Shown: positions 17,076-25,945, numbered from the stretch's first letter. The stretch: 60,227 bases of DNA from Methanobacteriota archaeon (GCA_005878985.1 VBMA01000076.1:1-60227); one strand, 5' to 3'. Numbers and translations: made by a program. Notes: a model not told the origin generated them from the letters alone.

Positions 17076-19540
17076 TCGTTCGTCTCCGACGGCATGTGCC
17101 GAGCGCACGTCTCGCGCCACTTCCTTGCGAGCTCGTGGTTCGGCTTGAGCGAGAGCGCGCGATCGTACGCTTCGAGGGCCTCCCGGAACCGCTCGAGCTG
17201 TTGTAGGGCGACGCCTTTCCCGGTCCACGCGTCCGCGTTGCGGGGATCGCGCTCGATCGCTTGTTCGTACCGGAGGAGCCCCATCTGGGGATCTCCACCC
17301 TCGATGGCGAGTTCCGCCAGTTGCAGGAGCACGTGCGTTTCCTCTCCCTCCGGTTCGATCGACTCAACGAACGACTGGAAATCGGAGGGCACGGACGACG
17401 CGGGGGGCTCGACTTCATCTTCGATCGCCTCGAACGCCTTCGCGAGCGACGGGAGATCGGTGATGGGCTCCGCGGTCTCGGCGACTTCCGTAACCGGCCT
17501 CGTCATCCGGGCGACCGCATCGCGTGCGGCACGGACCGCCAAATGGTCGGCCCCGAGACGGATCGCCTTCGCGAGCGCCGCCTCCGCTTCGCCGCGTTGG
17601 CCCAACACGGCACGAGCCCGGGCCTCGCCGGCAACCGCTTCGATTCGCTGCGGGTCGAACGACGCCACCTTTTCGAAGCATTCGAGGGCCTCGGTCGGAC
17701 GCGCGTGATTCAGCAGGATCTCGCCCTTCGCGAGCCATGGATCCGGGTAGTTCCACCGGAGGGCGATCGCGCGGTTGTGATATTGGACCGCCGCTCCCCA
17801 ACGGCCTTTCCGCTCGAGGAGCTCGCCCTTCCGGAAGAGGATTGGCGCGTTCTGCGGGTCCTTCCCCAGTGCGCGGGTGAATTGCGCTTCCGCCGCGTCG
17901 GCATCTCCGAGGTCGATGAACGCGTCGCCCAGACCGAGGATCGCTCGCGGGTCGTCCGGAGTGACCTCGAGGACCGCTTGAAACAACCGGATGGCCTCGT
18001 TCGCGTGTCCGTCTCGCCGGAGCTGCTCGGCCTTGGGAACGACATCGCGCGACTTCGACGGCTCGAGCCGGAGCGCATCGCGCAGCGCCTCGACCGCATC
18101 CGGGAGACGGCCGAGCCCGAAGAGCAGGTTCGCCCGCTCGTACGTCGCTCGAGCGTTCCCTCGATCGGCATCGAGGATTCGCGTATAAGATTGAAGGGCT
18201 TCCTCCGAGCGATCAAGGAGGACCAGTACCTCGGCTCGATCAAACCAGACGCTCGTCTCCTCCGGTCGGGCGCGGAACAAGCGGTCGTAGCATTCCAAGG
18301 CGGCATCGTAGTTGCCCTCCGCAACGAACGCCTGGGCTTCCTCCCGGAGCCGGGTCGATCGTCGTTCATCTTCGAGCTCGCCGGGTGCAAGTTCGAGTCG
18401 AATCGACCGAGCCAGTGCGTCGGTCACCCCTTTGCACTGGGTGAGCGCCTTCTCGTCCGCGGCGGTCAGCGAGGCGATGTCGGGGAACGCCGTCGCAACG
18501 ACGTCCGCCTGGGCCGCGGACATGCCGGGGATCCCGCCCAGGAACCGCAAGACCTCGCGGCGGGCCGAGTCTTTCTCTAAGGCGATGAGCCGTTCCGTTC
18601 CGGCGCGGGAGCGGGCCTCGACTTCCTCTTCCTTCGATGCGACGGACCGCTCGCGGACGGAGAGGAGTTCCTCCTTCGACACCAGATCTTGCGTCCGGGA
18701 TCGAACGAAGGCTTCGGCGTCCGCACGCTCTTTCTCCAGGGCCCGACGGGACTCTTCGAGTTCCGCCCGTTGCCAATCCTCGATGGACGTCTCCTCCGGT
18801 TCAGGTCCTGGCTCCGGTTCCGGCTCCGGCACAGGACCGGGTCCAGGCTGCGGAAGAGGTAGGGGAGGCTCCGGATGAGGGACGGGGTCGGGAGGGACCG
18901 GCGGAGCCGCGGGCAGGGACACGTCGTCCTCGCGAAGCTCGAGGTCCTCCAGCCCGTCGAGGCCTGGTTCGGCCGGAACGTCCGCGATGTCCGGTTCCGC
19001 CGAGACCTCGAGGAGAGACGGTTCGATCGGAGGCAATGCCGTCACTTCCCGGCGTGCTGGTTCCGGCGGTTCGACGGCGGTCGGGGGCTCAAGGACTTTC
19101 GCGCGGAGCCCGTATTCCGCCGCTAGATGGGGAGGCATCCATTCTTGGGACCGCAAATAGCGGCAGAGGGCCGCGAGCGCGCGCCGTTCCTCCACCTTCG
19201 TGGGCGTGTTACGACGGGCCTCGCGCAGGAACGCGTGGAGGACCTCCGCGTCGCCGACGCTGACGATCGCCGCACGGTCGGAATCAAGGCCGAGCAGCCG
19301 CACGAGCCGGACCGCTGCGGTAGCCGCAGGTTCGCGCGCTGGCTTGTGCCATTCGACCTCCGAGAGGTCGGCTCCGATAATGGCAACTTCGTTCCCACCG
19401 GTGAGATCCAAGAGCGACGGCCCTGACAGGAGTCCGGGATTCAACCACATTGGGCGATCGGCCACGAGGAAATCGAGACAGGCCGGACACAGAAAATCGC
19501 GACTCACAGCGCCGCATCGAGCGCAGCGCGAGGGGAGCAC
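17072..19540 (-). CDS. large multidomain protein: N-terminal zinc ribbon, Pro-rich linker, coiled coil, helix-hairpin-helix and many TPRs
   Basis: Taken from ORF 17072..19849. I place the start at the in-frame GTG at 19540, 24 nt downstream of TTTTATAA on the minus strand, giving MLPSRCARCGAVSRDFLCPACLDF. The HhH-like segment is GGIPGMSAAQADVVATAFPDIASLTAADEKALTQCKGV. Confidence 0.8.
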   Translation of the reverse strand: MLPSRCARCGAVSRDFLCPACLDFLVADRPMWLNPGLLSGPSLLDLTGGNEVAIIGADLSEVEWHKPAREPAATAAVRLVRLLGLDSDRAAIVSVGDAEVLHAFLREARRNTPTKVEERRALAALCRYLRSQEWMPPHLAAEYGLRAKVLEPPTAVEPPEPARREVTALPPIEPSLLEVSAEPDIADVPAEPGLDGLEDLELREDDVSLPAAPPVPPDPVPHPEPPLPLPQPGPGPVPEPEPEPGPEPEETSIEDWQRAELEESRRALEKERADAEAFVRSRTQDLVSKEELLSVRERSVASKEEEVEARSRAGTERLIALEKDSARREVLRFLGGIPGMSAAQADVVATAFPDIASLTAADEKALTQCKGVTDALARSIRLELAPGELEDERRSTRLREEAQAFVAEGNYDAALECYDRLFRARPEETSVWFDRAEVLVLLDRSEEALQSYTRILDADRGNARATYERANLLFGLGRLPDAVEALRDALRLEPSKSRDVVPKAEQLRRDGHANEAIRLFQAVLEVTPDDPRAILGLGDAFIDLGDADAAEAQFTRALGKDPQNAPILFRKGELLERKGRWGAAVQYHNRAIALRWNYPDPWLAKGEILLNHARPTEALECFEKVASFDPQRIEAVAGEARARAVLGQRGEAEAALAKAIRLGADHLAVRAARDAVARMTRPVTEVAETAEPITDLPSLAKAFEAIEDEVEPPASSVPSDFQSFVESIEPEGEETHVLLQLAELAIEGGDPQMGLLRYEQAIERDPRNADAWTGKGVALQQLERFREALEAYDRALSLKPNHELARKWRETCARHMPSETNE

Positions 19541-19563
19541 AGGCGCAAGAACAGCCGGGGGTC

Positions 19564-19571
19564 TTATAAAA
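19564..19571. promoter_or_regulatory. near-palindromic TATA element (TTATAAAA) between divergent genes
   Basis: It lies 24 nt from the GTG at 19540 on the minus strand. On the plus strand it precedes the GNAT gene, which would then have a leader of about 100 nt containing two hairpins (19591-19618 and 19640-19669, approximate). Confidence 0.5.
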
Positions 19572-19688
19572 GCTGGGCACTGAATGATGACCGCCCGAAG
19601 TGGTTTCGCTGCGGGGCGGCCAGGAGGGCCGACACCTTCATTGACCGGGAGACGGTGTCGCGAAGAGGGTTCTACCGTGGACGTCCAG

Positions 19689-20147
19689 ATGAGACGGGCC
19701 CGGCGGGCGGATGACGAGGTCCTGTGGCAGGCGACGCTGCAGACCGTTTGGGACGACATTCCCGCGGACGAACGGGCGCGCCTCAATCGCGAGAAGTGGG
19801 AGGCGCATTTCCGCAAGAAGATCGAACCGTACATGTCGGGAGACCGCACGGAGCGGTGGATCGCCGAGACGGCGGCCCACGAACTCCTCGGCTACCTGAT
19901 CCTCGGCGAAAGCGGTTTCATGACGCCGGAGGCCCAGGGCTTCATCTACGATGTATGGGTCACCCCCACACGGCGCGGCGAAGGCGTCGGGAGGTTCCTC
20001 GTCGAGTGGGCGAGCGACTGGGCTCGGCAGCGTGGCTATCGAAAAATCAAACTCGAGGTATCCGAGACGAACGCCCGGGCACGCCACGTCTACGAGAGCC
20101 TCGGGTTCCGCGCAGAACGTCGGTACATGGGAAAGGTCCTCGAGTGA
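19689..20147 (+). CDS. GNAT family N-acetyltransferase
   Basis: IYDVWVTPTRRGEGVGRFLVEWASDWARQRGYRKIKLEV..N..A..VYESLGF. The start is ATG at 19689 or GTG at 19677; the ORF-track start at 19584 is unlikely. Confidence 0.85.
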   Translation: MRRARRADDEVLWQATLQTVWDDIPADERARLNREKWEAHFRKKIEPYMSGDRTERWIAETAAHELLGYLILGESGFMTPEAQGFIYDVWVTPTRRGEGVGRFLVEWASDWARQRGYRKIKLEVSETNARARHVYESLGFRAERRYMGKVLE

Positions 20148-20234
20148 GACGCCGGAGCGGCTCGGAGTCGCGCAACTGGCCACCAAAGAGTTAAATAACG
20201 GCGGCATCGTGTTCCGGAGATGCGGGGTAGCGCA

Positions 20235-20645
20235 ATGATTCAAGTGACCCTGACGGAAACCGCAGCGAACAAAGTCAAGGAGCTCATCCAGAGGTCCGAT
20301 CCCGAGACCGGCCAGCCGCTGGGCTCGATCGAGGACACGTATCTACGGATGTACGTTGCGGGCGGCGGCTGTTCTGGCTTCCGCTATGGCCTTGCCCTAG
20401 ACCGGAAGATCCACGAGGACGACGAGGTCGTCCAGGTTCACGGACTGAAGGTCCTCGTCGACGGCAACAGCAAGGAGTACCTCGACGGCTCAAGCGTGGA
20501 CTATGCCGAGAGCGTCGCGGGCAGCGGCTTCCTCGTGAGCAACCCGAACAACTGGTCGACGTGCGGATGCGGGCAGAGCTTCAACCCGAAGGGCGAGGAA
20601 GCTCCCGACCAGCAGCACCAGGCCCCTCACGCGCACACGCACTGA
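20235..20645 (+). CDS. iron-sulfur cluster insertion protein (HesB/IscA/ErpA family)
   Basis: MIQVTLTETAANKVKELI..LRMYVAGGGCSGFRYGLALD..NPNNWSTCGCGQSF. A His/Gln-rich tail follows. A T5 run at 20661-20665 follows the stop codon. Confidence 0.88.
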   Translation: MIQVTLTETAANKVKELIQRSDPETGQPLGSIEDTYLRMYVAGGGCSGFRYGLALDRKIHEDDEVVQVHGLKVLVDGNSKEYLDGSSVDYAESVAGSGFLVSNPNNWSTCGCGQSFNPKGEEAPDQQHQAPHAHTH

Positions 20646-20677
20646 GGCGACGAACCTCCCTTTTTCGATTTCCGCAG

Positions 20678-21271
20678 TCAGCGGAGCCGTTCTCCTGCGA
20701 GGCGCAGGAAATTCCCGAGGAGCCTGGGGCCCTCCGGCGTGAGAATCGATTCCGGATGAAACTGGATTCCTTCGACCGGATGCCGGCAGTGTCGCACCGC
20801 CATGATCTCTCCTTCGCCGGTGGTCGCGCTGACTTCCAGATCGGGCGGCATCGATTCGCGTTCGATCGCGAGAGAATGGTAGCGGCCCGCGGCGATCGGG
20901 TTCGGCAGACCTTCGAAAATCGTGCGGCCATCGTGACGGACGAGGCTCGTCTTGCCGTGCAGGATGCGCGCCGCGTGGCCGACTTTGGCGCCGAATGCGG
21001 TCCCGATTCCTTGATGACCGAGACACACTCCGAGCGTCGGGATCGTCGGACCGAGTTCTCGTACGACGTCCGTGCACACGCCGAAGTCCCTCGCGTTCGC
21101 GGGATGGCCAGGACCCGGCGATAGAACGATCGCGTCCGGATCGAGTCGGCGGATCGCCCCGACCGAAATCGCGTCGTTGCGATGCACGACCGGATGGGCG
21201 CCGAGTTCCCCCAAGTATTGGTACAGGTTGTAGACGAACGAGTCGTAGTTGTCGACGATCAGAACGTTCAG
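20678..21271 (-). CDS. trpG: glutamine amidotransferase, anthranilate/aminodeoxychorismate synthase component II
   Basis: NVLIVDNYDSFVYNLYQYL..LSPGPGHP..LGVCLGHQ..IQFHPES. I propose a CTG start at 21271 that overlaps the aroC stop codon (CTGA). The only canonical in-frame start is TTG at 21355, which would add 28 Arg-rich residues overlapping aroC. Confidence 0.85.
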   Translation of the reverse strand: MNVLIVDNYDSFVYNLYQYLGELGAHPVVHRNDAISVGAIRRLDPDAIVLSPGPGHPANARDFGVCTDVVRELGPTIPTLGVCLGHQGIGTAFGAKVGHAARILHGKTSLVRHDGRTIFEGLPNPIAAGRYHSLAIERESMPPDLEVSATTGEGEIMAVRHCRHPVEGIQFHPESILTPEGPRLLGNFLRLAGERLR

Positions 21272-22341
21272 AGGAATCCCCCCACGAACATGAGATCGAG
21301 GATCACCATCGCGGCGACATTCTCGACGACGGGTACGGCCCGCGGGACGATGCAAGGGTCGTGGCGGCCCGTGACGATGATCTCGGTCGGCGTCATGGTA
21401 TCGAGGTCGACGGACTGCTGCGGGGTAGCGATCGACGCCGTTGGCTTGACCGCGACGCGGAAGGTCACCGGCATTCCGTTCGTGATCCCGCCGAGGATGC
21501 CCCCCGCGCGGTTCGTCGCGGTGACGACGCGTCCCCCTTCGATCGTGAACGGATCGTTATGTTGGCTCCCGCGCATCGTCGCGCCCCGGAATCCGGCCCC
21601 GAAGTCAACGCCCTTCACGGCCGGAATTGAGAACAGCAGATGAGCCAGGCTCGACTCGACGGAGTCGAAGAACGGCTCACCGATGCCGGGAGGGAGGCCG
21701 GTCACCATCCCTTCGATGACGCCGCCGACGCTGTCCCGACCCTTGCGGGCCTCCTCGATCTCCGCGATCATGCGGTCTGCGGCCTCCAAGTCCGCGCACC
21801 GGACCGGCGTGCGCTCGACGTTCGCCTCGATCTGTTTCGGCGTGACGGCATCCGCGGTGACCCGTCCAATCTGAGCGGCATGAGCGAAGAACTGGATGCC
21901 CTTCGCCTCCAAGACCTGGCGCGCGATCGCGCCGGAGACCACGAGCGGGGCGGTCATGCGGCCGGACAGTTGGCCCCCTCCGCGGAGGTCCGTCTTGCCT
22001 CCGTACTTCATGACGGCGGTGAAGTCGCCGTGCCCCGGCCTCGGGACGCGGGCGTTTTCCGCATATGACTTCGATTGCACGTCTTGGTTCGCGATAATCG
22101 CTACGATCGGCTCGCCGGTCGCCGTGCCCGCTCGGAGCCCTTCCGCGAACTCGACGCGATCTTCCTCCTTCCGCTGGGAGGTCAGGAGGCTTTGGCCGGG
22201 CCGACGGCGGTCGAGCTGCGCCTGCACCGACCGCGGATCGATTGGTGTGCCGGCTCGGAGCCCCTCGATCGTGCAGCCAACGAAGGGGCCATGGCTCGTC
22301 CCGAAGATCGTCGTCCGGTACCGCGAGCCGAAGGTGTTCAT
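21268..22341 (-). CDS. aroC: chorismate synthase
   Basis: MNTFGSRYRTTIFGTSHGPFVGCTIEGLRAGTPID..RPGHGDF. The start ATG at 22341 overlaps the aroA stop codon (ATGA). Confidence 0.92.
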   Translation of the reverse strand: MNTFGSRYRTTIFGTSHGPFVGCTIEGLRAGTPIDPRSVQAQLDRRRPGQSLLTSQRKEEDRVEFAEGLRAGTATGEPIVAIIANQDVQSKSYAENARVPRPGHGDFTAVMKYGGKTDLRGGGQLSGRMTAPLVVSGAIARQVLEAKGIQFFAHAAQIGRVTADAVTPKQIEANVERTPVRCADLEAADRMIAEIEEARKGRDSVGGVIEGMVTGLPPGIGEPFFDSVESSLAHLLFSIPAVKGVDFGAGFRGATMRGSQHNDPFTIEGGRVVTATNRAGGILGGITNGMPVTFRVAVKPTASIATPQQSVDLDTMTPTEIIVTGRHDPCIVPRAVPVVENVAAMVILDLMFVGGFL

Positions 22342-23609
22342 CCGACCACCGCATGGAGGGCCCCGAGCGCCCGCATGTCGTCCAGGAACGACGGATACGA
22401 AACCTGGAAGCACCACGGGTCCGAGAGGTCGAGGGGCCCGCTCGCCGTGAGGCCGGCCACCGCGGCGGCCATCAGCATCCGGTGATCTCCGCGCGTGTCG
22501 ATGAAACCGCCATGGAGCCGCTGCGGTCCGTCAACGACGCATCCGTCCGCGGTGGGCGCTGCGTGGCCTCCCAACGCCCGGAGCATCGAGACGGTCGCGG
22601 CAATCCGATCGCTTTCCTTCAGATGAAGATGGTCTCCGTGGACAAACCGCGTCTCGCCGTCGGCTTGCGTCGCGAGGACGGCCAAGACCGGGAAGAGGTC
22701 CGGCGTGCCGCCGACGTCGACGGTCTGGCCCACGAGGTCGCCGCTCCGCACCCGAACCCGATTCGGCAGCGTGTCGACCCTCGCGCCGAACGAGCGCAAC
22801 AGGTCGACGATCCGGGTGTCCCCATCGGGAGAATCCGCGTCCAGCCCCTCGACCGTCACGTCTCCGTCGGTGATCGCCGCGGCGACGAGCGGAAACGCCG
22901 CGGAAGAAAAGTCACCCGGGATGTCCACATCCGTTGGCGTGTACGATTGTCCGCCCTCGATCCGAACGCTGTTCTTCGTGAGATCGACTTCGACCCCGAA
23001 GGCGCGCATCGCGCGTCGCGTCATGGAGACGTAAGGCTCCGACCGTATCGGCGGAACGATTCGGATTTCGGACGGGTTCGCAGCGAGTGGGCACGCGATC
23101 AGAAGGCTCGACAGGAACTGGGAACTGATGAATCCCGGGACGGAAGCCTGTCCCCCGCGGATGACCCCCTGCACCTTGACGGGAGGGCGGCCGTCTCCAC
23201 CGAGGGATCCGGCTTGGGCGCCGAGGCGTTCGAGCGCGTCCAGCAACGGACCCATCGGCCGCTTCCGAAGACTTGCGTCCCCGGTCAGGAGGGTCGGACC
23301 GAGAAGCAGCGAGGCGACGCCGCTGAGGAAACGAAGGGTCGTCCCCGAGTTCCGCGCGTCGATGGGAGCATCGGACGCATGCAGGGGCCCTGCGGAGATT
23401 TGCAGTCCATCGCTGGTTCGAGTGATGTCAGCGCCGAACGCACACATTCCTTGGATTGTTGCCTGGGTGTCCTCCGCGAGGAGCGCTCGGTGCAGGTGGC
23501 ATGGACCTCGGGACAGAGCTGCGAGGATGATTGCGCGGTGAGTGTAGCTCTTCGACGGAGACGCTTGGATGGTGCCGGAGACGCGCGAGGCCGTGGACAG
23601 ATACCTCAG
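22338..23609 (-). CDS. aroA: 3-phosphoshikimate 1-carboxyvinyltransferase (EPSP synthase)
   Basis: The ORF track starts at ATG 23447. My in-frame translation upstream of that ATG reads RYLSTASRVSGTIQASPSKSYTHRAIILAALSRGPCHLHRALLAEDTQATIQG, which is the conserved EPSPS N-terminus. The only available initiator is CTG at 23609-23607, overlapping the aroK stop codon. Confidence 0.88.
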   Translation of the reverse strand: MRYLSTASRVSGTIQASPSKSYTHRAIILAALSRGPCHLHRALLAEDTQATIQGMCAFGADITRTSDGLQISAGPLHASDAPIDARNSGTTLRFLSGVASLLLGPTLLTGDASLRKRPMGPLLDALERLGAQAGSLGGDGRPPVKVQGVIRGGQASVPGFISSQFLSSLLIACPLAANPSEIRIVPPIRSEPYVSMTRRAMRAFGVEVDLTKNSVRIEGGQSYTPTDVDIPGDFSSAAFPLVAAAITDGDVTVEGLDADSPDGDTRIVDLLRSFGARVDTLPNRVRVRSGDLVGQTVDVGGTPDLFPVLAVLATQADGETRFVHGDHLHLKESDRIAATVSMLRALGGHAAPTADGCVVDGPQRLHGGFIDTRGDHRMLMAAAVAGLTASGPLDLSDPWCFQVSYPSFLDDMRALGALHAVVG

Positions 23610-24463
23610 GCGACCACCTCGCGCGACTCGATGTTGTTCAGCGGGACGACGCGGACTACCGACGCAGGCTCCGCCATCGCATCCCGGACCGGCTCGACTT
23701 CGGAACGCTCGGCGAGAGCAATGATCGCGGGTCCCGTGCCGCTGATTCCGGCCGCGAGGGCACCCGCCTCGCGGGCGCGGATCGCAGGCGCTTCACTGAC
23801 TCCGAGGACAGGCGCGTACGCTCGGCTGTTCGCCTCCATCGCCCGAAAGTAGTCACCGCGTTCGGCGAGGCGAAAAGCCGCCTCGACCTCAGAACGAATC
23901 GGCCCGAAGTCCAGGCGTTTGAGAGCCGCCTTCAGAATCGTTCGATCGGGAATGTGGACGACGGCCACGACACCCTCCGGGAACCGGTCTCTTTTGAGGA
24001 TTGTGCGGGCATGGTTGTCGGTCTGCACGATTCCGCCGAAGAAAGATGCGCATGCATCGTCGAACGCGCCGGTGAGCGTCACGCCCGCGTCGAGAGCCGC
24101 GCCCACGCCGATCCGGATCATCTCGAGCGGTTCGAGCTCCGCTTCGAGCGCCCGGGCACTCGCGAGCACCACGGCGTTTGCGACCGCAGAGCTACTCTTT
24201 AGGCCCCGAGAAACCGGGATCTCGGAGTCGACCGATATCGCGAGGCCACGCCCGCTCCCGCTCTGCTCGAGCACCCTACGGGCGGCACTTGCGGCCAGCT
24301 CGGGATCGATGCCGTTCGCGGTATCGACCCGTATGCCGAACGGCCCCGGTCGGGTCTCGACGGTCGCGGAGGCCCGGAGGGCCAGGCCGAATGCGGCCCC
24401 TCGTCCGGCAGCAATTGCATTCACAATCGTTCCGGCACCGAAGCAGGAGGCCCGAGCTTTCAT
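23606..24463 (-). CDS. aroK: shikimate kinase, archaeal GHMP-kinase type
   Basis: MKARASCFGAGTIVNAIAAGRGAAFGL..SRGLKSSSAVANAVV (GHMP motif). Length of about 285 aa. The ATGA junction overlaps the aroDE stop codon. Confidence 0.85.
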   Translation of the reverse strand: MKARASCFGAGTIVNAIAAGRGAAFGLALRASATVETRPGPFGIRVDTANGIDPELAASAARRVLEQSGSGRGLAISVDSEIPVSRGLKSSSAVANAVVLASARALEAELEPLEMIRIGVGAALDAGVTLTGAFDDACASFFGGIVQTDNHARTILKRDRFPEGVVAVVHIPDRTILKAALKRLDFGPIRSEVEAAFRLAERGDYFRAMEANSRAYAPVLGVSEAPAIRAREAGALAAGISGTGPAIIALAERSEVEPVRDAMAEPASVVRVVPLNNIESREVVA

Positions 24464-25944
24464 CGGAGCGCCTCCTTCGCGGCCCGCCGCATCGCATCGA
24501 AGGGCGCCGACTTTCCGGTCCAGAGTTCGAACGCCTTGGCGGCCTGATGGAGCAACATTTCGAGTCCGGACGTTCCGGGGCGGTTCAGACGCCTTGCGGC
24601 TTGGAGCAGCGGCGTGGCGATGGGATTGTACACGAGGTCGTACACGAATGCAGCCTTCGCAACGATCGCCTCAGGCACAGGGAGTCCGGGCTCACCGCCT
24701 TTCATCCCGATCGGCGTCGCATTCACCAGCAGGTCCCAGGGGCCCGCGCGTTGGAGCGTCTCCATCGGGACGATCGCGACGGAATCATCGAACGAGTCCG
24801 CGAGGGCCTCGGCGTGGGCGATCGTGCGATTCGTCACCTGGACCGATGCGCCCTCCCGGAGGAGGACATCGACCACGGCTCGGGCCCCGCCCCCGGCACC
24901 GACGACGAGCGCCATTCGGCCGCCGACCCGGAGGCCGAGGGCGCGCAGGGACACCCGGAACCCGTAGACGTCCGTGTTGTGGCCGACCGTCCAACCATCC
25001 TGGACCATGACCGTGTTGACCGCGCCGAGCCGCTCGGCATCCGCGTCGAGCTCGTCGACGCGTTGCGCAATCGATTCCTTGAGCGGATGGGTCACGTTGA
25101 AGCCTCGGATGCGGAGCCGGTCCACCGCCAGGAGGAACTGGTCGAGGAAATCGAGGGGAATGTCGAAGGGCAGATACACGGCGGGCAAGTTGAGCGCCGC
25201 CATGGCCGTCTCGTGGATCTCGGGGGAAAGCGAGTGTTCCAACGGATGGCCGACGAGGCCGAGGATCATCGGTTCACGCCCGCGCAAACGGACGGCGGTG
25301 GCGAGCGGCAGTTGCCCCGGGGCCGCGGTGCCCCCCCACGACGCGTACTGGATTTCCTCGCCAAGCGCATCGGCGAGTGCGCGTGTGACCATCCCCATCG
25401 TGCCGGTCCCGATCAGGACGATCGGGGGAGGCCGATTGGCCCTCGCGCGTGCGAGATCGATCAGTTGAATCGCGGTTCCGAAGTCGCCAACAGGATTCGC
25501 GACCTTGGCGATGTCGCCTCGGGCCTCGCACGCATCCAGGAAATCGGACGCTTGATGGACATCCACGGCCCCGGCGAAGTGGTGGGACACGATGACTTTT
25601 GCACTGTTGTGGTGGGCGATCCGGGCGAGGTCATCGAGTTCTGCCTCATCTTCTTCGAGCTCAAGGTCGATGTACGCGAACCGCTGGACGCAGATTTCTT
25701 TCATCAACGCAGACCGCGGCGCACCGCCTCTGCGTTGTGCGCCGCCTTGGACGGAAGAGCGGAGCGTCGCAATCGCATGTTCGCCGACCGCCTTCGCCAG
25801 GTGACGAATTGTATCGGGCCCCAAGTCCGCGATTTCATCGAATCGGATCTCGACGAGGTCGGCGCCTTTGGCGAGAGCGATCCGAGATTGACCCTCGACC
25901 TCCGACGTGTTTCTTCCGAGGATGACGGCCGCGACTTTCGTCAT
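24460..25944 (-). CDS. aroDE: fused 3-dehydroquinate dehydratase (type I) / shikimate 5-dehydrogenase
   Basis: The N-terminal half (KVAAVILGRNTSE..ADLVEIRFDE..VIVSHHF) is AroD-like. The C-terminal half (GLVGHPLEHSLSPEIHE..FNVTHPLKE..VNTV..GHNTDVYGF..VVGAGGGARAV) is AroE-like. Start at ATG 25944. Confidence 0.88.
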   Translation of the reverse strand: MTKVAAVILGRNTSEVEGQSRIALAKGADLVEIRFDEIADLGPDTIRHLAKAVGEHAIATLRSSVQGGAQRRGGAPRSALMKEICVQRFAYIDLELEEDEAELDDLARIAHHNSAKVIVSHHFAGAVDVHQASDFLDACEARGDIAKVANPVGDFGTAIQLIDLARARANRPPPIVLIGTGTMGMVTRALADALGEEIQYASWGGTAAPGQLPLATAVRLRGREPMILGLVGHPLEHSLSPEIHETAMAALNLPAVYLPFDIPLDFLDQFLLAVDRLRIRGFNVTHPLKESIAQRVDELDADAERLGAVNTVMVQDGWTVGHNTDVYGFRVSLRALGLRVGGRMALVVGAGGGARAVVDVLLREGASVQVTNRTIAHAEALADSFDDSVAIVPMETLQRAGPWDLLVNATPIGMKGGEPGLPVPEAIVAKAAFVYDLVYNPIATPLLQAARRLNRPGTSGLEMLLHQAAKAFELWTGKSAPFDAMRRAAKEALR

Positions 25945-25945
25945 G

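Noticed and set aside
19584-19650. A C/D box sRNA suggested by ATGATGA at 19584-19590, considered because fibrillarin is encoded nearby.
   Set aside because: No CUGA D or D-prime box sits at the required 10-12-nt spacing, and there is no C-prime box. The heptamer is more simply the ATG-ATG of an unlikely extended GNAT ORF.
21272-21355. TTG at 21355 as the trpG start and ATG at 23447 as the aroA start, as implied by the ORF track.
   Set aside because: The TTG start adds an Arg-rich 28-residue extension lying inside aroC. The ATG start deletes the conserved PSKSxxHR N-terminal segment of EPSPS, which is clearly encoded in frame upstream.
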